Of a stretch of DNA of 64,000 bases, positions 29,066 to 38,621 are shown piece by piece. This DNA comes from Candidatus Cloacimonadota bacterium. GTDB taxonomy: Bacteria; Cloacimonadota; Cloacimonadia; JGIOTU-2. The position numbers and the translations under genes are program-made. A model generated the notes under the pieces. It did no database searches, was not told where the DNA came from, and saw nothing but the letters and a program-made list of their open reading frames with translations. The stretch spans positions 4,512 through 68,511 of the forward strand of contig JAUWMT010000006.1 of the NCBI GenBank assembly GCA_030613025.1. The letters run 5' to 3'. The number at the start of each line of letters is the position of its first letter. Position 1 is the first letter of the stretch.

Positions 29066-30595
29066 TTACTCTAAGCTGCCAACTACGTTCTCTACTTCTT
29101 CAAGTATTTCGCAAGTTCTCACGAGCTCTTTCATATTTGTGTGGTCAGGATAGAGGGGTCTGTCAATATCGAGGAACTCAACATATCTTCGTATAACCTC
29201 TTTAGCTTTTGTGACACCGACGCCAAATTTGTATTCCTCTTCTCGGAAATCAAGCGCCTGAGCTGCAGCCATGAATTCAATACCAAGAATGCCATAAGCA
29301 TTATCCATGATCTGGAAATTCTTGATAGCAGTATTCATTCCCATAGAGACAAAATCTTCCTGATCGGCAGCAGCAGGAATGGATTGAATTGAAGCTGGAG
29401 CACAAAGAATTCTCTGTTCAACAATTTGCGTGCCCGCAGTGTATTGGCTGAGCATCAAGCCGGAGAACATACCTGCGCCTTTTGTAAGGAATGCAGGTAG
29501 TCCAACACTTAATGCCGGGTTGTTCAGTCTGTTCATGCGGCGTTCGGACATTACGGAAACCATTGTGATCGCAGCGCTTATCATATCCATTGGTAATGAA
29601 ACCGGTGAGCCCTGAAAATTTGCACCGGAAAGTTGAATTTTTTTATCAGGAAAGAATACAGGATTATCACCCACGCCGTTGAGTTCGATCTCAACTTGTG
29701 AACGAGCATAAATAATTGCATCGTGAGCAGCGCCAATGACCTGCGGGGTGGAGCGCATAGAATAGGCATCCTGAACTTTACATTTTACTCTTCCTTCTGC
29801 AAGGTCGCCGCCTTTGACGAGCTTACCAATAGACTTTGCACAACGTACGGCACCCTTGAATCCGCGGATCTCGTGAAGCAGTGGGGTGTATGGCTTCATG
29901 TTTGCTTTGAGTGCTTCGAGTGACATTGCTGCTGCAATTTCTGCCTGTTTGAGCCATCGGTTTGCATCATAGAGAAGTATTGCGCTCATTGCAGTTAAAA
30001 GATTGGAACCATTGATCGCAGAGAGTCCATCACGAGCTTTTAGTCCGGGAATTGGAATGCCTGCTCTGTCCATTGCTTCTTTGCCGTCAAGAAGTTCTCC
30101 CTGATAGTATGCTTTTCCCTCTCCAAGAAGAAGAAGAGCGATCTGTGACATTGGAGCAAGATCTCCCGATGCACCCACAGAACCTTTCTGGCAAACAAAG
30201 GGCGTTACGCCTTTATTCAACATTGCAGCAAGTGTAAGCGGAATTTCGGGACGGCAGCCGGAGTTACCTTTTACCAATACAGTAATTCTGCCTGCCATAG
30301 CTCCGCGCACATATTCAATAGGAGCAGGATCGCCGATTCCTGCAGCATGATTGTATATCAAATAACGCTGAAAATCTTCCATTTGATCGTCGGTTAGTAC
30401 AACTTCAGAAAATTCACCGATACCTGTATTTACTCCATACATGATCTCGTGAGCTTTGATCTTTTCTTCCAGCATTGCACGGCACGCTTTGACTCGTTCG
30501 ATACTTTCCTGAGGAATCTCAATTTTTTCATTTTCCCGAGCGATTTTCACGACCTTTTCAATAGTTAAATCATATCCATTCAAAACAATTGCCAT
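29066..30595 (-). CDS. hutH: histidine ammonia-lyase (MIO-dependent)
   Basis: 509 aa. GSVGASGDLAPMSQIALLLLGEGKAYYQGELL contains the Ala-Ser-Gly MIO triad in HutH-like context. Also present: YNHAAGIG, AYSMRSTPQV, GANFQG and EDFVSMG. Confidence 0.85.
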   Translation of the reverse strand: MAIVLNGYDLTIEKVVKIARENEKIEIPQESIERVKACRAMLEEKIKAHEIMYGVNTGIGEFSEVVLTDDQMEDFQRYLIYNHAAGIGDPAPIEYVRGAMAGRITVLVKGNSGCRPEIPLTLAAMLNKGVTPFVCQKGSVGASGDLAPMSQIALLLLGEGKAYYQGELLDGKEAMDRAGIPIPGLKARDGLSAINGSNLLTAMSAILLYDANRWLKQAEIAAAMSLEALKANMKPYTPLLHEIRGFKGAVRCAKSIGKLVKGGDLAEGRVKCKVQDAYSMRSTPQVIGAAHDAIIYARSQVEIELNGVGDNPVFFPDKKIQLSGANFQGSPVSLPMDMISAAITMVSVMSERRMNRLNNPALSVGLPAFLTKGAGMFSGLMLSQYTAGTQIVEQRILCAPASIQSIPAAADQEDFVSMGMNTAIKNFQIMDNAYGILGIEFMAAAQALDFREEEYKFGVGVTKAKEVIRRYVEFLDIDRPLYPDHTNMKELVRTCEILEEVENVVGSLE

Positions 30596-30611
30596 GGTAG
30601 GCTCCTTTATA

Positions 30612-32198
30612 TTATAATTCAGTTGTTATTAATCGAAGTGTCTTTTCTATGTCAATATATGCAACTTTATCTCGGTCCCAGAAATCTACACCCGCATTAC
30701 GAAGTTTGGTATAGATACCATAAGTTTTTTTTCCAAAGGTATGTTCCGGGGATTCATTCACGAAATCAGTATCGATGCGCAATCGCAAATCCAATGCCTG
30801 GCAAGCAGTGATATATTCGATTGCAATTATCTTGCGAACATTTTCCAGGATTTCTCTGAACTGACGTGCAGCGATAGTGCCCATGGATACGTGGTCTTCG
30901 ACATCTTCACTTGTAGGAATTGAATCCACACTCGCAGGATGTGCAAGTACTTTATTTTCCGAAACCAATGCCGCAGCAGTGTATTGTAGGATCATGATAC
31001 CGCTTTGCAATCCGGGCTCTGTTGTGAGCATACTTGGCAGTCCATGACTCAGAAATTGAGATGTAAGTTTAAAGATCCTTCTCTCCGAGATATTTCCAAG
31101 TTCAGCAATAGTAATTTTTAAAAAATCGCAGACTTGAGCAATGGGTTCTCCATGAAAATTTCCACCTGAAAATGCTTTGATCGGTCTGTCTGCTTCAGGA
31201 ATTATAAGTGGGTTGTCAGTAACTGCATTTGCTTCCCGCTCAATAATATTTGCAGCAAAATCGAGTGTTTCTTTTATCGGACCGACAACTTGCGGAAAAC
31301 ATCGTAGAGAGTAGCTGTCCTGTACCTCTGATTTTCTGGAATCGATGAGCTTGCTGCCTTGAATGTATTGCATGACTTTTTTTGCAATCTCGATCTGACC
31401 TTTTTGCCTGCGTAATTCATGAATCTTCGGTTGGAACGCATCGGACACACCTCGTAATGCTTCCAGAGATGCAGTAAAAATTTTAATCGAATTTTTTAGA
31501 AGGACTTGTGCATCGACAAGCGCCAATGCAGCGATCGCAGTCATTACATTGGTGCCGTTGTTTAGTGCAAGCCCTTCTTTAGCGTCAAGCACAACACGCT
31601 CAATACCTGCGTCGTGCATTGCTTTCAATCCAGAAATGGTCTTTATAGTATAGTTATCACGATCGGTATTTTCTTCGATGATCACTCGTCCGCTGTACTC
31701 TTCCAACTCCTGATCTTCTCCGCGAGAAAGCACGAGGATAATATGAGATATTGGCGCCAGATCCCCGCTTGCACCAACCGAACCTTGAGCCGGCACCGCA
31801 GGATGGACGCCCTTGTTCAGCATTTCTATGAGCGTTTCAAGAGTTTTCAATTTGATGCCCGAGTAACCGCTTGCAAGTGAATTGATCCTCAGCAGCATAC
31901 TTGCTCTCACCACTTTGACTGGAAGATAATTTCCTACACCCGTTGAATGGCTGATGATCAAATTTCGTTGTAATTCTTTTAATTTTTCTGGAGCAATTAG
32001 TTTGTCTTTGAAAGCACCAAAGCCGGTATTTACACCATAGACAATTTGATTGTTTTTGATAATATCATCTACACATGCGCGGCACTCTTGTATCTTCTTC
32101 TTTGCTTTCTCAGTAAGAGCGACCTTTGCTTTTTGCTCAGCTACTTTGTAAATTTGTTTAAGGGTTAAGGAAGTTCCATCAACGAAAATTGTTTCCAT
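30612..32198 (-). CDS. HAL/PAL-family MIO-dependent ammonia-lyase or aminomutase (second paralog, substrate unassigned)
   Basis: 528 aa with GSVGASGDLAPISHI, ISHSTGVG, SYSLRCFPQV, GGNFHGEPIA and EDHVSMG. Compared with the neighbour it carries an insertion after the MIO loop (RGEDQELEEYSGRVIIEENTDRDNYTIKT). Confidence 0.75.
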   Translation of the reverse strand: METIFVDGTSLTLKQIYKVAEQKAKVALTEKAKKKIQECRACVDDIIKNNQIVYGVNTGFGAFKDKLIAPEKLKELQRNLIISHSTGVGNYLPVKVVRASMLLRINSLASGYSGIKLKTLETLIEMLNKGVHPAVPAQGSVGASGDLAPISHIILVLSRGEDQELEEYSGRVIIEENTDRDNYTIKTISGLKAMHDAGIERVVLDAKEGLALNNGTNVMTAIAALALVDAQVLLKNSIKIFTASLEALRGVSDAFQPKIHELRRQKGQIEIAKKVMQYIQGSKLIDSRKSEVQDSYSLRCFPQVVGPIKETLDFAANIIEREANAVTDNPLIIPEADRPIKAFSGGNFHGEPIAQVCDFLKITIAELGNISERRIFKLTSQFLSHGLPSMLTTEPGLQSGIMILQYTAAALVSENKVLAHPASVDSIPTSEDVEDHVSMGTIAARQFREILENVRKIIAIEYITACQALDLRLRIDTDFVNESPEHTFGKKTYGIYTKLRNAGVDFWDRDKVAYIDIEKTLRLITTEL

Positions 32199-32199
32199 A

Positions 32200-32892
32200 T
32201 CAAAATCGTTTTTCTAAAGACAGGGAAAAACGCTGAAGCAGGTGGTCGTAACCACAATTCAAGGAGACAGTATTTTCCTTTGTGATCCCTTTATTATAGA
32301 GATGCACGGAATGAACAGCTTTTACCATGCTGACAAGCCGGTTCACGAGCATACCAGCAATGGTGAATTTCGAGATTATCTTATATTTATTCTTCTCACG
32401 ACGAAGTTCACCATAACGATACCAGACATCTTTTGAACCCCAATCCCATGCTTCGTCTCCTTCATATTTATATTCGGCAAGAAACTGGTTATACTCTTCC
32501 TCTGTCCAGCCACCATACCAAAGCCCATTTCGAGCATAAATCTCTACAAAGTTATTGTACTCTGTACTTGAATAATAACCCTGTAGAAGCGTGTAATAAT
32601 CTTCATCTGCTTCAGTGAGATGAGTATTGGAGTATGCGAGAGCATATTTTTTATAATCGTTCTCAGCCCATTTTGCCTGTTGCAGAAAACCGAAATAACC
32701 CAACCACAATAAAGTCTCGGCAGCAATACTTGCCATACCAGAAGCTGTATTTTTTGCGTATAACTCGCCAGTACCGGGAACTGCAAAGGACATCAGTGCA
32801 GCGAGAGCTTTTGATTTGGGCTTTTCTGCATGAAGTATAGAAGTGCCTAACAATATGAGAATAAGGATGATGATTAAAAATTTATATTTCAT
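32200..32892 (-). CDS. membrane/secreted protein, function unknown
   Basis: 230-aa ORF with a signal peptide and the hydrophobic segment ALAALMSFAVPGTGELYAK...LLWLGYFGF. It abuts both neighbouring genes. Confidence 0.6.
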   Translation of the reverse strand: MKYKFLIIILILILLGTSILHAEKPKSKALAALMSFAVPGTGELYAKNTASGMASIAAETLLWLGYFGFLQQAKWAENDYKKYALAYSNTHLTEADEDYYTLLQGYYSSTEYNNFVEIYARNGLWYGGWTEEEYNQFLAEYKYEGDEAWDWGSKDVWYRYGELRREKNKYKIISKFTIAGMLVNRLVSMVKAVHSVHLYNKGITKENTVSLNCGYDHLLQRFSLSLEKRF

Positions 32893-35800
32893 TTTGTGAT
32901 TCCAATCTTTACTAATTCGCTTTTTCCGCCAACCTTGACCATCGCGAAGTACACGCCGGATGAAACATTATCAATGGGCCACACATATTCATTATTAATA
33001 TAAGCAGTAATTTTCTGCTCATCACTGAATAGAATGTCCGCGGCGAGGTTATAAATTTTTATTGAGGAAGCAGTATCCTGGTTTGAACGAATTCTTATCC
33101 TAACCTCGCCGGATTCAGCCGGGTTGGGATAGGTAAGGATCGTGAAGGTTGATGTTGAGTCAGGATTTCCATCTGAGAGAGTTGTTACACAAGCTGTTCT
33201 TTGAGGTCCATTTTTATATCCGTTCCAATAGACTTCTACAGGGGAATTATCAATATGAGTAAACGAATACATCTGAACAATAGAATCGGAGATAGGCAGA
33301 TACAACATCGAGGATGATCCATCGAGAGAAATTGAGGGAGATGCAAGAGCAAGACCGTTTGCAAAACTATACATATCCTGAACTGCACAGTTGTTATCGA
33401 TTGCCTGAGTCCAGTTCGAGGAGGTGGGAAGATAGAGTGAGATATTCTCAGCCAAATAATTCTGCCCGATAATTGGAGAAACGTATTCTGAATAGGATAC
33501 ATCATAAGGCATGATAGGGGTTTTATTCAAAAATGAACCGTTGGGCTGGAGGATGAAAATCCTATCATCGCAGGTGAAAACCAAGTCGTGTGAGCCATCA
33601 TTATTCACATCACCAAGGGAGATATTGGAAGGATTTAAGACAGGATAGGTGGCAGAATCAAATATCTGAGTTACAATGCCATCTGCAATGACATGTATCG
33701 AACCGGAATTATCTTGAACATATATTCGCTGTTCATGAACAAAATCTTTCATTAAGCTCTCAATAACCGGATAGTAATTGCCGATCTGAGCTGTTAAAGG
33801 AAATTCTTCACACATTGTAAGAGAAGTATCATAAATTGCTACAGTGTTTTCATGAGTAAGTGCAACAAGCTCATTTATAATTGAATCAAAAGCGATCTTC
33901 CCAATATGCGTATTTTCCTGAGCAATAATAGATGGGGTATCTTCATCAAATCTTATTTTCCTCAATCCAAAATCAGTTGGAACGATAATATCATTTTTCG
34001 AGATCTGAATTGGAGAATCAGTGATCCATCTATCGAGCTTGATGCCGTAAGATGAAATAGGTGGATAGCTCATAATGTCATATCGTATAAAAGCAAGAGA
34101 ATCTTCGAGTGACAGGATTACATATTTCTTTTGTTCAAATTCTCCGAGAGAAAGAGGTTGTGTGATAGGTTTAGTAAAAGCAATTAAGGTATCTCCAAAT
34201 AGCTCTTCTTCATAAAATACTAACAAAGAATCTGAAGCAATTGCAAGGACATGAGTATTGAATATATCATTTTTATAATGAATAAGCTCATGGGCTGGAT
34301 TGAATTTCTGAACCGGTTTGTACGATGTGATCTCGTCATAGGTTTGATACTGAAAAGTGAAGGACATTTCAACACCGTAATTGCTTATGTTTGTGATTTC
34401 AAGCAGAGAATTTATACCTTCGTTGCTGAAGGAATTCGGTCTTGTTTTTGGTGAGAGTTTATAGTTATGATATCTATTCGTATCACTGGGTGTCCATGTG
34501 CCGGGTTTGGTTTGGAAAAATGGCTCATAACAGGTGCCGTAGGGGAAATAGGAATAGGGATTTCCAATGTCTTCGATGCCGTCTGCCTCGACGAGCTTCA
34601 CTCCGCGACGTGAAGATTTGGCGTTTACCATGTTTGCATCAAAGCGGTTATACCACCCATCATCAACTTCGACAAGCTCATCATAAATAACATAATCGTC
34701 GATGTGCCAGATGCATAATCCGCCATTTGTTTCTGCTTCGAGATGAATATCATAAGTTGGAAGAAAATAATCAAATTCGTAATTAATAAGTTCGGTTACA
34801 GGATTCATCGGATAAAGGGGTACTCGTCCGGTAATGTCATCAACTTTAATGACCGGCGCTCCCTGATTGTCCAGCTCGACTGCGCGGTTCTCAATAAGAA
34901 AATATTCTTTATTATTGATTGGAATTTTTACAAATTGAGGATGAACAGCATCGGGAAGTTCAGCAGCAGAAACAGTGATGTCCGAAGGTGAATCTACAGT
35001 GATAAATTTTCCTGAAGCTTCGAACTCGTTTCCCCAGATCAAAGTACGTGACCACGCGGACGGAAGGGTCGGGAGCACTGCTTCGATGACGAGAGAATCA
35101 GGTGGAGTTTGCATGGTGTCTATCAGAACTGCGGAACCAAAACCGCCGCTGTCCATAATATCCCAATACCCAACTGCGGGAAACATATTGGATGTGTTAT
35201 ACAAGTCAACAAAGCCAAGTCCATGACCGAATTCGTGAAAAAATTCAGCATTAATAGAACCAAATCCGTAAATGAAATGTCTGCTTTTATAAAAATCCTG
35301 AGAAATGGTTTCGGGAGTGTTACCACCTGCTTTTACGAAATAGGTGCTGTCATTGACTGCAATAGAATCATCTCTCAGATGGAAATAGCAGGATGGAATA
35401 TCACAGGGAGTATCCCAGAAAACATCGTGCTGCCAGTCCGAGCCGGCATGGATGATCATAATGTGATTGTGTTCTGAAAATATGATGTCTGGAGTATGTT
35501 CAAATTCTGTTGTATCAGCAGTAGTGACGGCATCCTTGAAATACTGGATTAGCCGGTCTGATTTAAGATTCCAATCCTCGGTATCGGGCCAGTAATACGA
35601 TATCTGCTGTGGCATTTGATAGGCAGTGTCAGCTTGATGGGGGAATATCTTAAAATGGAAATTCTTTTCCTGAAGAGGATTAAAGGTATTCAACTCGCCA
35701 AGACTTGCAGTCTGGTAATAATATTGCATTGCCTTAACGGTTTGATGGAAGAAGGTTGAGTCGTGGGGGGGAGAACCGATAGTGCTTATCGAATCTGGAA

Positions 35801-36134
35801 CTCCATTGATCTCGAAATAATCATATTCTCCAAAATCGAATTTGCCGTTTCCTGTTGTCTTCGGGTCATCATCAGGAATGAAATCCACGAGAATGACAAG
35901 TAAATTCACTCCTTCAAAACCATCTTTAGTTAAACCGGTGAATTTATCAGATAATCCCTGAGTGTTGTAGATTTTCCGATGAACTTCAGGAGGAAGTTTC
36001 TTCAATTTCTCATATCTCTTCTGCATTTCATGAGCAGGAAGCCGCTTGAATGTATAGGAGGGAGATTTGGCAAAAAGAAAGAGAGGGATCATAAGAAAGA
36101 GCAATATATATGTGAGAGTTTTTAAATTTTTCAT
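32889..36134 (-). CDS. M6 (immune inhibitor A)-like zinc metallopeptidase with FG-GAP-like segment and T9SS sorting domain
   Basis: 1081 aa with a signal peptide and the HExxH motif in FHEFGHGLGFVDLY. It has GDVNNDGSHDLVF. The tail is YPNPAESGEVRIRI...IKIYNLAADIL...GVYFAMVKV...IGITK. Confidence 0.8.
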   Translation of the reverse strand: MKNLKTLTYILLFLMIPLFLFAKSPSYTFKRLPAHEMQKRYEKLKKLPPEVHRKIYNTQGLSDKFTGLTKDGFEGVNLLVILVDFIPDDDPKTTGNGKFDFGEYDYFEINGVPDSISTIGSPPHDSTFFHQTVKAMQYYYQTASLGELNTFNPLQEKNFHFKIFPHQADTAYQMPQQISYYWPDTEDWNLKSDRLIQYFKDAVTTADTTEFEHTPDIIFSEHNHIMIIHAGSDWQHDVFWDTPCDIPSCYFHLRDDSIAVNDSTYFVKAGGNTPETISQDFYKSRHFIYGFGSINAEFFHEFGHGLGFVDLYNTSNMFPAVGYWDIMDSGGFGSAVLIDTMQTPPDSLVIEAVLPTLPSAWSRTLIWGNEFEASGKFITVDSPSDITVSAAELPDAVHPQFVKIPINNKEYFLIENRAVELDNQGAPVIKVDDITGRVPLYPMNPVTELINYEFDYFLPTYDIHLEAETNGGLCIWHIDDYVIYDELVEVDDGWYNRFDANMVNAKSSRRGVKLVEADGIEDIGNPYSYFPYGTCYEPFFQTKPGTWTPSDTNRYHNYKLSPKTRPNSFSNEGINSLLEITNISNYGVEMSFTFQYQTYDEITSYKPVQKFNPAHELIHYKNDIFNTHVLAIASDSLLVFYEEELFGDTLIAFTKPITQPLSLGEFEQKKYVILSLEDSLAFIRYDIMSYPPISSYGIKLDRWITDSPIQISKNDIIVPTDFGLRKIRFDEDTPSIIAQENTHIGKIAFDSIINELVALTHENTVAIYDTSLTMCEEFPLTAQIGNYYPVIESLMKDFVHEQRIYVQDNSGSIHVIADGIVTQIFDSATYPVLNPSNISLGDVNNDGSHDLVFTCDDRIFILQPNGSFLNKTPIMPYDVSYSEYVSPIIGQNYLAENISLYLPTSSNWTQAIDNNCAVQDMYSFANGLALASPSISLDGSSSMLYLPISDSIVQMYSFTHIDNSPVEVYWNGYKNGPQRTACVTTLSDGNPDSTSTFTILTYPNPAESGEVRIRIRSNQDTASSIKIYNLAADILFSDEQKITAYINNEYVWPIDNVSSGVYFAMVKVGGKSELVKIGITK

Positions 36135-36206
36135 ACGTGACGTTCCACTATTATTTCTACTCTGTGATGTAGAATCAATTTATACTTAATGTAGATTATA
36201 CTTAGT

Positions 36207-37262
36207 TTAGAATGTAACACCTATTGAGAAGGTTTTATTATTAGAAGTCAGTTCACCTGCCGGTTGAAGGGCAAAGTCAAAATAGAGATCTTTTCCTTTT
36301 GAGAATTCATAACTGATACCGCCACCGAAAGAAAAATCTTGAATATGACCGGCTACATCATTTACATATCCGACACGAAGAGAAATAAGGTTGTAGTATT
36401 TGTACTCAACACCAATATTTTCGATCATCGAATCGAGTTCATTTTTGAACCCATCATCACCCCAGGACGTGAAAATACGTTTCCAGAGCGGGTCATTATT
36501 GACCATCATTTTATTGATGTCACCAGTGACAGTGAGTTTATTGTATTTGTCATCAAGAATTCTATAGGAAAGACCAAGTTTTAGATTAAGAGGCATGGGT
36601 TGTTTTGATTCTGAATTTTGGTAGCTCATATCCGGACCGAAATTCTGAATGTTCACACCAAAGTCGAGTCTGGGAATAAAGAAATTCTTCTTGAGAAGTC
36701 CAAGGTCAACGACAAAGGTGTAACCTATTCCTGCTGCAGTCATACCAACTCCTTCGATAAGTGGTGCCAGATTACTGATAATACCCTTGAGGTTGATACC
36801 AACACCAAGTTCGTCATTCAGCTTCGTTCCATAAGAACCGCCTGCAGCAATTTCATAACTATTAAAGCTTCCACGATAGTCTCCATCATGGTCATATGCT
36901 TCCTGTTCGCCGTATGTCATATAGGTAATATTCAAACCAAGTGTTCCAATACCCTCAAAGTATTGAGAATAACCGAGATATTCATAATACATGTCAGGAA
37001 TGACGTCACCAAACCAGTTTGAGTGCATAAGACCGAGTTCCGAGTTATCCTGGAAAGCCAGTCCGCCCGGATTCCACCAGGATGCGAAGCCACCTTCTGC
37101 AATAGAAACATAGGATTGTCCCAAACCGTTTGGGCGTGAGCCGGGGTCAATAAGAAGGAAAATACATGTTGCTTCTGAGCCCGCAAAAGCAAACTGAGTA
37201 AAAGTTACTGTAAAAATAACGATTAAAAGAAGCGAGGTACTGAGTTTATTTTTTATTTTCAT
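36207..37262 (-). CDS. outer-membrane beta-barrel protein, PorV/PorQ-family-like
   Basis: It has a signal peptide. The N-terminal FLLIDPGSRPNGLGQSYVSIAEGGFASWWNPGGLAF matches the PorV/PorQ pattern (FL.I..gaR..g.G...va......wNPagLa). Beta strands alternate to the end, and the C-terminal residue is F. Confidence 0.6.
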   Translation of the reverse strand: MKIKNKLSTSLLLIVIFTVTFTQFAFAGSEATCIFLLIDPGSRPNGLGQSYVSIAEGGFASWWNPGGLAFQDNSELGLMHSNWFGDVIPDMYYEYLGYSQYFEGIGTLGLNITYMTYGEQEAYDHDGDYRGSFNSYEIAAGGSYGTKLNDELGVGINLKGIISNLAPLIEGVGMTAAGIGYTFVVDLGLLKKNFFIPRLDFGVNIQNFGPDMSYQNSESKQPMPLNLKLGLSYRILDDKYNKLTVTGDINKMMVNNDPLWKRIFTSWGDDGFKNELDSMIENIGVEYKYYNLISLRVGYVNDVAGHIQDFSFGGGISYEFSKGKDLYFDFALQPAGELTSNNKTFSIGVTF

Positions 37263-37396
37263 GATTAAAACTCCTTTTTATAATTTGATATTCATGGGAA
37301 AATACCTCAAAGCGTAGAACATTCGTGTGAGGGGCACGAGTTATGTTATGGCCTAACAAATAACAATATATGTTACTCCTTTTTAAATATTTTATC

Positions 37397-37483
37397 TGGT
37401 GCCGAAGGCCGGACTCGAACCGGCACGAACCAAGGTTCGCTGGATTTTGAGTCCAGTGCGTCTACCAATTTCGCCACTTCGGC
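37397..37483 (-). tRNA. tRNA-Leu (anticodon CAA), CCA encoded
   Basis: The reverse complement is GCCGAAGTGGCGAAATTGGTAGACGCACTGGACTCAAAATCCAGCGAACCTTGGTTCGTGCCGGTTCGAGTCCGGCCTTCGGCACCA. The acceptor stem GCCGAAG/CTTCGGC pairs perfectly. The anticodon stem is CTGGA/TCCAG with loop CTCAAAA. It has a long variable arm and the T arm GCCGG-TTCGAGT-CCGGC. Confidence 0.95.
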
Positions 37484-37526
37484 ATGGCTAAAAGCTAAGA
37501 TGGGCATAATGGATGTCAATTTTTTT

Positions 37527-38621
37527 CTATCTATCCAATTCATGGTCGATTGGTTTTAGAGTATCTTCGTCAGTGCCCGTTTTTGCTTTGATCAATTCAA
37601 GTTTCAGTCGCAATAATGCAGCGGTTTCTGCATCGGTTTCATTCTGAATCATAATCTGATATATATAGACAAGCTCCTTATTTAGTCCAAGCTCTTCATA
37701 TATCTGAGCCAGTAATTGATAATATTTATTTTTCTCTTCTTGTGGAGCAGCTTCAATGATATAATTAAGTGTATCAATGGCTTGAAGGAATTGGTGATTT
37801 GCTACAAGTCCGTTAATGAATAACTCATAGGAATCCGATTTAAGTTCTGAATTCGGGAAACGATTTAAAAGGGCTATAGTAGTTTCGACCGTCTTATCCC
37901 ATTTGTTCTGTGTTTTATATACAATTGAGAGATTATAATACACAGAATCCAGCCACGTGCTGTGAGGGTAGGTTTCAATTAAAAAAATATATTCTTTTAT
38001 TGCTTCATCATAGTTTTGTATGGTTACATGGTAGTTTGCAAGCTCGAATTGGAGCTTTGGCATCTTTGAACTTTTTGGGTATTTTTTTATAAACTGGATA
38101 TATATCTCGGTAGGATCCTCATAAATTCCAAGATAATAATTACATTTTTCGATCTGCAGGAATGCATGATCCTTGTCCTTTAAAGGGCTGTTGAAATATA
38201 TGAAATTTGTGTAGTATAATTTTGCTTTTTCATAATCCATTAAAGAAAAATAAATATTCCCAATCTCCATCAGAGACAGAATTCCGCAGTCATCCAATGT
38301 ATAATCTTCATAATTTTTCTCAAGTACGGAAATCGCTGTGTTTAAGCTGTCCAAAGCGACATAGGATTTGCCGACATAGTACATTGCTTCAGCAGAAAAA
38401 AGCCCGTCAGTATTACCATGAACATAATTTTCTAGTTCCTGAATTGCTTGATCATAAAGTTCATTATCAAAATGTAATTTGCCTGAAAAGAACACGAGCA
38501 GTGAATCGTGGGTTTGTGTAACTTCATCATCAATTGGAATTGACTCATACTGAGCATAAAGGGAGGCAGCGGATATGAGGAAGAGCAAAACGAATATGAT
38601 TTTTTTCATGGATCTAATCAA
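37527..38621 (-). CDS. TPR-repeat protein, secreted
   Basis: 364-aa ORF with a signal peptide (KKIIFVLLFLISAASLYAQ) and repeated TPR-like A..Y..G...Y helices. It overlaps the smc stop by a few nt. Confidence 0.75.
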   Translation of the reverse strand: MIRSMKKIIFVLLFLISAASLYAQYESIPIDDEVTQTHDSLLVFFSGKLHFDNELYDQAIQELENYVHGNTDGLFSAEAMYYVGKSYVALDSLNTAISVLEKNYEDYTLDDCGILSLMEIGNIYFSLMDYEKAKLYYTNFIYFNSPLKDKDHAFLQIEKCNYYLGIYEDPTEIYIQFIKKYPKSSKMPKLQFELANYHVTIQNYDEAIKEYIFLIETYPHSTWLDSVYYNLSIVYKTQNKWDKTVETTIALLNRFPNSELKSDSYELFINGLVANHQFLQAIDTLNYIIEAAPQEEKNKYYQLLAQIYEELGLNKELVYIYQIMIQNETDAETAALLRLKLELIKAKTGTDEDTLKPIDHELDR

